The notes under the pieces were generated by a model. That model had not been told where the DNA came from. It saw only the letters and a program-made list of their open reading frames with translations, and did no database searches. Both the position numbers and the translations under genes were made by a program. From Hypanus sabinus (taxonomy: Eukaryota): a stretch of 64,000 bases of DNA. Numbering within the stretch: the first letter of the stretch is position 1; each line of letters opens with the position of its first letter. Positions 1 to 10,444 of this stretch are shown piece by piece. The stretch is from assembly GCF_030144855.1 (NCBI RefSeq), contig NC_082734.1, positions 16,802,001 through 16,866,000 on the forward strand. Direction: 5' to 3'.

Positions 1-2073
1 TTTGTGCTGAATCATTGTTTCATTTCTGATTTTATTGCAGTTCCAGTCACAAGCTGCTTTGGCAGGCAGCCAGTTTCAATAGAGGGTTCTGGAGGGTTGA
101 GTTACTGCAGTAACTTTCCACAACATTTCACTTCAAGCTTAGCAGTATTGTATCACGTTCTTAACATAGGAAGCTGCTGGGAAACATCTCGCAGGAGCAA
201 GGTTCTGGGTTTAAAAAAAAACAAGTTCATAAAAAAGGGCAGAGATATAAAAGGGGTAGAAGGCATTTGAAAATCCAGATCTTAAGGCCCAACTAGGAGA
301 AGGTACAGCAATCAAAATCAGGAATCCCAAGAGGCTGGACAAGGGAAGATGCAAAAATCTGGATACGTAGGCAGCTTTGGAGCCAGTGTGGTTCAAAGTT
401 CACAAGTTGAAAATAATATTTATTTTCAATAATATTTTACTGTATGTAAAACCCTGAGATTCTTCTTCCTGCAGGCATACTTAGCAAATTTGCAGAGCAG
501 TAACTGTAAACAGGATCAATGAACAACAAATTCAGATGTAAATAAATAGAAATAAATATTGAGCATGAAACAAGATAAAGAGTCCTCTAACGAGTGTCGT
601 TAGCCCCTTTAGTTCAGGAGCCTGAAGCCTGAGCACAAAATCTTGTGCTGTGCAATTTTTTGTGCACACTGAATAAATTTCTTCAATAAAAAGCCAGTTC
701 AAAAATCTGTTTGTTCTATTCTACATTTATTCTAAAATAAATAAGCCAGTTCTAAAATCTGCAGACAAATCCTCACAGACTCCACGTTGTCAACACACCA
801 TCTGCATCAGGAAAAGGAAATGTGATTGTGTACGATTATGAGATGCACTCAGCGCGCCGATGAGGAAGAGGGTGACAAACTGTTGCGCGCGGTTTAAATT
901 CCCTTGTGCGCCGGTAGCAAAAGAGGTGTGCACGCGCACACACACGCACAGCTTAGAGGGAGCATTGATGATGGACGATGGAGGCGCGAGAGCACGGAGG
1001 GACTTGAACCCAGCAACACTCTGGATGCTGTTTGTAAGGAGTTTGCAGGTTCTCCCCTTAAACATGAGAATTTCCTCCAAGTGCTCCGGTTTCCTCTTGC
1101 AGTCCAAAGCCGTGCCAGTTGATAAGCTAATTGGTCACTAGGCTAGGGTTAAATTGGGGTAACTTTAATAAGTAGTGAACATATTCAATAATCCATTCCT
1201 TCCCAATGTATTGGAGAAGAAAAAGTAAAGGTTTCTTGTTACAATTTATGAGAGTTGTTCTTGGCTTCCTGCCTGGAATAATCAGCCTTGTTGACTTCAA
1301 GCAAGCTGACGTGCTTACTGCCCACACACCAGTAACTAAGCAATCAATCAGTTGAGTCCTTTGGCCGATCATACATTGCAACAGTTGTCTACTTCTGATA
1401 AAAACTGCAGCTGCAGAGCCAAGCTTTCCCTACTTCCACCTGCTGCAGTGATAAATTCAAAGAGATCAGTTCAACTGCCCTAGTACTGGTGACACAGCTA
1501 TATAGGCTATAGGGTGACTGTTGCAATGTTACACCACAGAAATAGAGCCCAGTCCTGCTCCCTCTATTTTGGAAAACACAAAAATGGAAAATATTGGCAT
1601 TTCTCCAAAACATTGACACCACTTCACGACCTTAATTGTGGTTTTGATGTCTGAATCCCAGGGTCTCCCGCAGTCCGGCTACTTCCATTCACTTTGTGTC
1701 CGAGCAGATATCCTTGATGACCCACAAAATCTTGACAACCTCAGGGAGCTGCCCTGGGCCAGTTGAAGGAGAAACCTTGTGTAGCCTGAGCGATGGTGCT
1801 GCTTGAGAGCTGTGGGAGGTGAAATGGTGCCCTCAAGGAAGATGCATCGAGGTCCTGAATGTGGACACCGAGTGACTCCATTGGGGATTGGATGACAATC
1901 CTGTTGGCACTCACTCTGCCCTACTGATGTTTCACCATCCAGGGCTGAGCCACCTGACAGGTATCTGTCTGGTCCCTGGAGACACAAGATGTTGTCACCT
2001 ATGGAGGGAGACGGGCAGTCAACTACTTTTGGTGTGACCCTTCATCTGGATCCTGCTATCTTGGCGGTTCCTT

Positions 2074-2338
2074 CTAGAGATGTCTCGTGCAATCTACACG
2101 TGACTCTGCTCACTAGAGTCATCTCGTGCAATCTACACGTGACTCTGATCACTAGAGACAGCTCGTGCAATCTATGTGTGACTGCCCACTAGAGTCATCT
2201 CATGCAATCTACGTGTGACTCTGCTCACTAGTCATCTCGTGCACTCTATGCGTGACTCTGCTCACTAGTCATCTTGTGCAATCTATGCGTGACTCTGCTC
2301 ACTAGAGACAGCTCGTGCAATCTGTGCGTGACTGCTCA
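2074..2338. repeat. Minisatellite, 7 units of 37-39 bp (consensus CTAGAGTCATCTCGTGCAATCTAYRYGTGACTCTGCTCA)
   Basis: Units start at 2074, 2113, 2152, 2189, 2228, 2265 and 2302. Confidence 0.95.
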
Positions 2339-2829
2339 CAAGGAAGAGAAGTGTGAATGGAGGTGGAAGGGAGTACATCACTGTGTATTATAATTCACTG
2401 AGGTGTAAATTAAAATAGTAACTGGTTGCTGTATCTTTGATCGAGCGTGAGGGTTTGCTCACGCTGGATTTGTGTCCTGCTAACGTGTGCATGTGGGAAC
2501 AGAGAGCAGCCACGGGCTCTATCCCTGCATGTACTGGGAGGAGCGTTGCGGTCGCACATAGCATCCTGCTTCACAAACAGGGCTGCAATCTGTGCGTGAG
2601 TAGCAATGAACCAAAGCAAATGGATCCAGAATGAAGGGAGGCACTGATGGTTTGTTACTGTTCCTGAAGAGCTTCAAGCTGCTCGTGCAGTGGAACGCAC
2701 AGCCTCCGTCCTCCACTCGTCTGAGCCAGTCAGCTCCGTGACAGGACTGTCACTGAGTCCTTACAGCTTCCGAAGAGGCACCGGTCTCCAGGCTCCTGGG
2801 GGAGCTGGACTGGCAGTCGTAACGGATGG

Positions 2830-3437
2830 TGACTTCATCATTTACATCCTTCACATACATGAGCAGTAAAAATACTTACGTTACGCCTCTGTCTAAATGT
2901 GCAATTATAGTAATTTATAATATTGTATAACAGAATAGTCAATATAACATAGAAATACAGTTGTATCAGCATGAATTAAGCAGTCCGATGGCCTGGTAGA
3001 AGAAGCTGTCCTGAAGCCTGTTGGTCCTGGCTTTTATGCTGTGGCACCGCTTCCCGGATGGTAGCAGCTGGAGCAGTTTGTGGTTGAGCTGACTTGGGTC
3101 CCCAGTGATCCTTCGAGACCTTTTTACACGTTTGTCTCTGTAAATGTCCTGAATCGTGGGAGGTTCACATCTACAGATGCGCTGGGCTGTCCGCACCACT
3201 CTCTGCAGAGTCCTGCGATTAAAGGAGGTACAGTTCCCATACCAGGCAGTGATGCAGCCAGTTAGGATGCTCTCAGGCACTGCCCCTGTAGAAAGTTCTT
3301 AGGGTTTGGGAGCTCATACCAAACTTCTTCAACCATCTGAGGTGAAAGGAGCGCTGTTGTGCTTTCTTACCGCACAGCCGGTTAAGTACAGACCATGTGA
3401 GATCCTCGGTGATATTTATGCCGAGGAACTTAAAGCT
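2830..3437 (-). mobile_element. Rex1/Babar (L2-related) LINE 3' fragment
   Basis: Minus-strand ORF ESILTGCITAWYGNC...LQRVVRTAQRI...LLPSGKR...SFFYQAI is typical of the Rex1-type RT C-terminus. Confidence 0.8.
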
Positions 3438-3479
3438 GGAGTGTACCTTTAAGAGCTGAGCAACTAGCTAAAGGGCTCA

Positions 3480-4280
3480 GAGTTAAAGTGACACAGGAGG
3501 AATTTAAAGGAGACCCGAGCAAGATATTTTTCACACAAGGGTGGTGAATATATGGAATGATCTGCCACATTAGGTGGCAGATTCAGAAACATTTAAAAGG
3601 TATTTGGGTGGTAGGCTACGGTGGGATATAGACAGGATGCAGAGCTGGGCAGAAGAGTGGCAGATGGAGTTCAATCCAGAGAAGTGTGAAGTAATAGACT
3701 CTGGAAGATTGAACTTAAAGGTGCAGGGCAAGGTTAATGGCAGTACGGGGAAACAGAGGGACCTTAGGGTCCACGTCCATAGACCCCTCAAAGTTGCTGT
3801 GCAAGTTGATAGGGTGGTTAAGCAGGTGTATTGACCTTCATTAGTTGGGAGATCGTGTTCAAGATTAGTTGCAAATTAGTGGTGTTCCAGATTAGTTGCA
3901 AATCTCTAAAACTGAGGTTAGACCACACTTAAGGGTATGGTGCTCCGTCGTGGTGACTTCAGTATAGGAAGGATGTGGAAGCTTTGGGGAGGGTGAAGGG
4001 AGATTTACCAGGATGCTGCCTTTTCTCTTCAGAGCAAAGGAGGATGAGAGGTGACTTGATAACAATATGAGAGGCATGGAGAGAGTGGGCAGCCAAACCC
4101 TTTATCCCAGGATGGCAAAGACCAACACCCATTTAAGGTGAGTGCAGAAAAGTTTGGGGGGTGTCAGAGGTGGGTTTCTCTTTGATAGAGAGAGGTAGGT
4201 ACCTGAAATACATTGCTGGGATTGGCGATAGAGACTGATACAATAGGGACATTTAAGAGTCTCTTGGCTTGGCATACGGA
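3480..4280 (+). mobile_element. CR1 LINE ORF2 fragments (degenerate)
   Basis: WAEEWQMEFNPEKCEV...RDLRVHVHRPLKVAVQVDRVVK is a CR1 RT C-terminal signature. Confidence 0.85.
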
Positions 4281-7200
4281 TATAAGAATATTTACTCCCC
4301 ATTTACTCAAAATATTTTCATAACCTCAATCTGACTTCTTCTCAACATCTCTCCATATTATGTCACAAAATTTCGTTTCCCGCTCTTGATCTGCAAAATC
4401 AATAAAATGTTTCACAATTTGTTTGTTTCTGTGCAACAAAATAGTCCCTGCTCAGACCTGCATCTCAGGAGAGAGAGTGTAGCAATGAAACAACAGGGAG
4501 CCTCTCTCCTGCTGGGTCTGGCTCCGGTCCCACCAACATCCCACCTCGTTTGTTCTCGGCCGGACGTCCACAGAGAAGCCTTGCCCAAAGTTGCTGCCGT
4601 AAGGTGAGCGTGCCTTGTCCACCAGCTTGTGATGACTGGATGCTCCTCTTTGCCAAACTGGTCGCGGCAATGAGGCCATTACCCCAGTGGTCATCTTACT
4701 GGGAGCCCCAGTGCACAAAATGTCTCCCTTTTTGCTGCTTTGGACAATCTAAGAAGGTGTGGAGATTTCTTTGATCCTAACCTTCCTGAGCTCATTTCTT
4801 GAACCCACCTGTTTTTGCTGTTGCCTTTGGCAACACCTTGAATAATTTTCCCTTGAGCTACTGTCCTGTAATTCCCATCCGTCACCTTCATTCTTGCTTT
4901 GATTTAACCAAGTAGCTAACTTAGTCCACAAATTTAATCGCTCTTTCAAACCACCCAGCTGTAGAATTCTCCACTTTCTCTGTTTAAAGCACCTAGAGAC
5001 CTTTCCACTTGATTGCACTGTGTTAGACCTGAACACAAAGTTGCTGACCAGTGCTGTGCTTAACCTAGATCCTAGGAGCAGGAGGCTTAGAGGTTGAAAC
5101 AGGCTTTTTCATTACGGGGTTGTTCAGAGAAGTAATACGTATATGGAAAGGACCATGATGGACGAATCCAGAACAGAAAGTTATAACCGAGTTACAGTAG
5201 GCTGTTCAGGAAGTGCTTCACACTAAAATGATTAAACCTTGGAGCTCTTTCCTCAAGTGCTCTTGACCAGGAATGGGGAATGACAGTCCTTGCAATTGAA
5301 TTTCCATTGCTGATCACGACATGTTCGAATGCCCTCCTAATTCAGAAGCATTTCGAGAGTTCAATATAGGGAGGTAGGGGTTGGAACAGCTTTACGGGGC
5401 TGAGTGGCCTCTATTGCCCTGCAGTTCCAATGATATTGCTCTGGAAAACCAAAGACCAATTTGGTAAGTTAATTGGTAAATCGGATTATTATCGTCACCT
5501 GTACTGAGGCACATGAAAAACATCATTTTCCAAGCCGTCCATACAAATCATTTCATCGTATCAGTACGCTGGTAGTACAGGAGGAAGGTGATAACAGAAT
5601 ACAGAATAAAGTGTTCCAGTTATAGGGAAAGGGCAGTGCAGGCAGACAATAAGATGCAAGGCCATAATGGGGTAGATTGTGAGGTCAGGAGTCCATCTTC
5701 TCCAGTGCTTTGCTTTTCTTTCAGTTTCTAGCATCTGCAATCTCTTCTGTCTCTGATTATATACGAATTCCAATCAGACATAATCTATCTAAACTGTATA
5801 ATAGGCCTGAGGGGTTGAATAGCCTTTGCCTTTTTCGATATTTACATCTCTAGTGACGAACAAAGTTACACTAGGGCACTCCTTTCACGTCAACCAGCAA
5901 CACACGCAAACTGCTGGAGGAACTCAGCGGCTCAGGCAGCGTCTGTGGAAAAGGGTGAACAGCTGACGTCTTGGGCTGAGACCCTTCTATTTACCATCTT
6001 GGTTTGCTGCTAAATTTCACTTTGCTCTTGCTTTCACGTCATCCATCCTTAACTCTACTCTGTCCTATCTATACCTATCCTTCTGACATGCCTTCCATTC
6101 CCCCCTCACTGTAGCTTCCTGGGATCTCAACTGCACTGATTTTAATATTACCCTCACCTGTCTCCATTCCTCAATGAGATGCTACCATGGAACACATCTT
6201 TCCTTCCCTTCTCAACATCTAATTCAGTGTTCTATCAACCCCAATATCCATAGTCCTTCCCACAGGAGATACAATGCCTGCCCTTACACCTCATCCTTTC
6301 TCACCATACAGGAACCCAAACACAAATCTAGATGATGTTATTGAAGAGATCACATAATCACACTGTAAAATTCTTCGAATGCAGCAAGTGCTCACAATGT
6401 AGTCTCTTCTACAAAGAAGAAACTAAATGAAGAATGAGCAGCCATTGTAGGGCACTTCAGTTCAAACTGCAAGGATAATCCTGAGTTTTCAATTGCTTAT
6501 TACTTTAATTCTCCATCCTACTGTCACTCTGAACACTCTATTATTGGTCTATTGTCCAAAACATACCTGAGGAAAGTTTGAGGAACAGCACCTCAACTAA
6601 ACACCAGACACACATCAGGACCCAACAATTTCAGATAGTCTCCTTTCTAGTCTGGGTCAGAACTGGCCATTTCTGGTAAAAAAAATAAGGAGCAAACTGT
6701 AACGATACTTTAGTTCAAATCTTGCCACACAGATGCTCCCTAGTCAGCTGATCTGATCTGCATGAATCTATTTAGACTTTGCCAACTCCTACCATTGGTG
6801 GGATTTTAATTTTTTTCCCTATTCAGCCTTATTCAGGTCCCCTTTCCCACTTTATTTTTGACTATATGAGTGATACTTCCCACTCAGGCACTGAACCAGA
6901 AAGTATCTTCATCTTTGCTGCCAATTTCCACTCTGCGTGCTGACAACAAGCCATCGTCCTGTGTTCTCCACAACCCGCCAACTCCCACAGCTATCAGGAC
7001 CACACTGCCTCCCACCCTGCTTCCAGATGTTATGTCACATCTGTTCTGATTCCATAGCTCAACTTGAGATACGTCTTCCTTCCAGCATTACCTTTCAGCA
7101 TCAGGGAGTTCGGGTTCTCTCTTTCCAGTACTTGCCCCCTTTCTATTTTACCCCCCCCTCCCTTCCATGGTTCTATAAGCCTTTCCACATGAAGCTGCAT

Positions 7201-10200
7201 TAATTAATAAATAATTTGAACGTCTAACAGCATTTAGATTTGCTGCTCACGATTTGGTTCCCTCCCTTCCGGGGAGAACAAGTACAGACTTGGTGACCAT
7301 TTTTACAAAACACCACTATTCGGGCTGAACAGTAACCCTTGACTTTTGATCAGTTCTCACTTTGAATCTCTCTGTCTACAACCCACTCCATCCTCTTCCC
7401 TCTACAAAGCACAACAGAGTTCAAGAATCAGTTCTCATTTTATGATGAGGCATACTATAACCTTAACTTCTGAAAACTGAGCGATTCTCTTCTAATTTAT
7501 GGTGTCAACAGTGATTTCCTGTGCTAAGTTTAGATCATTATTCTGGTTCTTACCTATCTGGTAAACAGATCCTTTATTTTTTTAATTTGCTTCTTTCAGC
7601 TTATGGTTGTTTTTGTCATATCTTCCAATATGCCAAAAATAATCCCTTTTGTTGTTTCCTCGCCTTCTCACTTTCTATGCAGCTTAACATCTATTTTATG
7701 ACTATAAGACATAGGACCAGAATTAGGCCATTCAGCCCATTGAGTCTGCTCTGCCATTCCATCATGGCTGATTTATTATCATTCTAAATCCTGTTCTCCT
7801 GCCTTCTTGATACCCTTACTAATCCAGAACCTATCAACCTCTGCTTTACACGTACCGAAGCATTTGGCCTCCACAGCCATCTGTGCAATGAATTTCACAG
7901 ATTCACCGCTCTCTGGCGAAGAAATTCCTCCTCATCTCCATTCTAGAGGGGCATCCTTCTTTTCTGAGGTGATAACCTTTCTCTTTTCCAATAATGATGT
8001 CAGATTATTGACTCATGCCTCTCCTTCTAAAGGTATTGCCTACCCACGGAGTGTTTCCAACATAGAAGGGTTAGCAGTCGAGAAGATGGTGACTTGAGGC
8101 TGTGCTGGCCCTATTTAGGGAAACTCAGCATCTCTTTTCCAGCTCTGTTCCTATAGTCCTGCTAACCTTCAACCGCCCATCCCTTCTTCCCCATTAACTA
8201 CCCTCCCCCCTCACTCTCTCAAGAGCCCATCCAGTTCCCTTTTGTTTCAGATTAGGGCAGCACAGTTGTGTAGCACTAGCTACCCGGTCTGTAAGGGGTT
8301 TGTACCTTCTCCCTGTGACCATGTAGGTTTCCTCCAAGTACTCCAGTTTCCTCCCACATTCCAGAAAGACGTACGGCTAGTGGGTTAATTGGTCACATGA
8401 GTGTAATTGGGTGGCTCGGGCTTATTGGGCTGGAAGGGCCCGTTATTGTGCTGTATCTCTCTAAATATAACAAAAACAAAATTTCTAGTGTCAGCATTGT
8501 TTTGCTTCTGTAAGTACTTTAATTGTGCAAGAGTCAATGATGGGGAAGAGGGTGAGAGGACAGGTGGGGCTCCTTTCATCACATCACTGTGAGTTGGATC
8601 AAAGCCAGCTCAAGGAGCTGAAAGGTCAGAGAGGGTAGCCCACTAAAGGAAGCAGCATCAGAACTGAAGGGACCACCGATCAGACAAGCAATGCACAAAG
8701 GGGAAGGCCTACTCAGTGAGGAGGAGGATGCCAAAAAGCTTCTGAACAGGCGACCCAAGGATGGGATGACCAGCTCGGGGTGGAAAGTGAGCATGATCAT
8801 TTTCCATGTTATTGCCTAATGTTTCTATTTTGATGCAGGGGCAGTGAGGGTTTAAGTGGAGGGAATGGACATCCTGTCAGTTCCTGCTGTGTGGTCCTCA
8901 GAACCAGGCCACGTGGTAGGAAATAATCCACGAGTAACTAAAGGCACAGGGACAATAGGCTTCAGAAGACATTTGTACAGGTGCAGGGACTGGAAAGATT
9001 TAGAAGAATATGGGCCAAATGCAGGCAAGCACCTTGTTCAGCACGGATCAGATGGGACAAACGGCACATTTTTCCGTGCTGTATTACTCTGCGTCTCTTC
9101 GACTAATAACTAATACAATTCATTTCCATGGAGATGGTGGGTGGGGTGTGATGCTGGGGGGGGAGGTGAAGGGGAGGACAGAATTGAGAGGATTATGGAG
9201 AAATGGAGAAATGGACAGAGCATGTCAGGAGAACGAGAAAGAATGATGGAGTGAGGAGGGTGAATTGAAGTTAAGATAGTTAAAGTCTGTCCTGAGCCTT
9301 ATAGCCAGCTCCCGTGGCATGAAGCGACTGAGAGTATATGAATGAGACCACCACCCCCCCACCCCCCCGATAGGACACCAATCTATCGCGAGGTTAACCC
9401 TCAGCATTTTGCTGGTACCTGTTTTCAGCTGAGTGGACTGGAGCAATGTGTGGTTAAGTGCCTTGCCTCGGCTGGGGCTCGAACTCACGACCTTCAGATT
9501 GCTAGTCCAACACCCTAACCACTTGGCCACACACCACACATGAAATGAAGTGGATGGGATAATAAGCAGAAGGGTCTGAGTTTGCAGGGAGAGATAGCAA
9601 TTAGGTTTGTGGGAAGTGACAACAAGAGCGAAAGGGGACAAAGATTGTGAGGGGAGAAGGAGGTGAGGGAGGAGAGTGTCTTTACACTGTCACCTTCCTA
9701 ATAGTGACCAGTGTGCAAACATCAGACTCTTCCACCTACTGGGTTACCTTGCAGACAACTTTTCTGCCTGAGGGTTTACGTCACTATCAGAGGTGGCATT
9801 TATTGATGGGACACAGGTCCCAGACATTTTCTGTGAGTGCAAAAGGTCTTGGGGGACCGTTTGGGAGAAGGGAGAGTTCTCTGCGTACCAGCTTGCGATC
9901 AGTACCACAAAAGTACCTGCTCCATCCACTAAAGTGCGGAACTTGGCCGCTCGTAGATTGACTGTACTGATAGAAAACCTCAGCGGGCATGAAATGTCTC
10001 ACAACCTGCAAGCTCCATCTTGCTTCCTGAGCCACACCGTGACTTTCCACAGACTCCTCATCTTGTAAGCAGCAACCAAGGGGTTAAAACCCGGGCAGAG
10101 TTCTGCTGATGCCGATTCCCAGCCTGACTGAGATAACCTAAAGCCACAAGGGAGCAGACTGTGGTCCCTCTTCTCTTGCTGTAGCGGGGAGCAGTGGACA

Positions 10201-10294
10201 ATCCCTGAGGTAATAAAATCAACCAGCCCCAGGGCGGTCTTATTGTGCAAACCCCGTCATGCGAATGGTGGGAGGGACCTGGCGACAAAGACAA

Positions 10295-10335
10295 CCCCTC
10301 GGCACGTCACTAAAGCCCGAGAGGGAGATAAAAGA
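10295..10335 (+). promoter_or_regulatory. Putative HMOX1 core promoter (CACGTCAC CRE/E-box-like motif and GATAAAA TATA-like box)
   Basis: ggcacgtcact at about 10301 and gataaaa at about 10327, roughly 100 nt before the exon-1 ATG. Similar arrangement to the E-box plus TATA-like box of mammalian HMOX1. Confidence 0.45.
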
Positions 10336-10430
10336 GACTGAGGCTGCCCACTTCCAGCAGACGTTTCATCAGGGAGTCCGAGAATCGGAAGCAACGAGGG
10401 GGAAAAGAGCAAGAGGCGAAGACATTCCCC

Positions 10431-10444
10431 ATGGACGCTGAAGG
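10431..10444 (+). CDS. HMOX1: HMOX1 coding exon 1 (MDAE+GG, phase 2)
   Basis: ccccATGG start followed by GG|GTAGGA donor. Phase 2 matches the C-ATG start of exon 2. Lies downstream of CACGTCAC and GATAAAA promoter-like motifs. Confidence 0.7.

Noticed and set aside
1-760. Possible 3' UTR end of the upstream gene (TOM1 by synteny), with several AATAAA at about 672-742
   Set aside because: No coding sequence in the window to support it, and the region is AT-rich and partly repeat-derived.
2074-2338. CRISPR-like appearance of the 37-39 bp repeats
   Set aside because: Units are head-to-tail with no unique spacers, the context is eukaryotic, and there are no cas genes.
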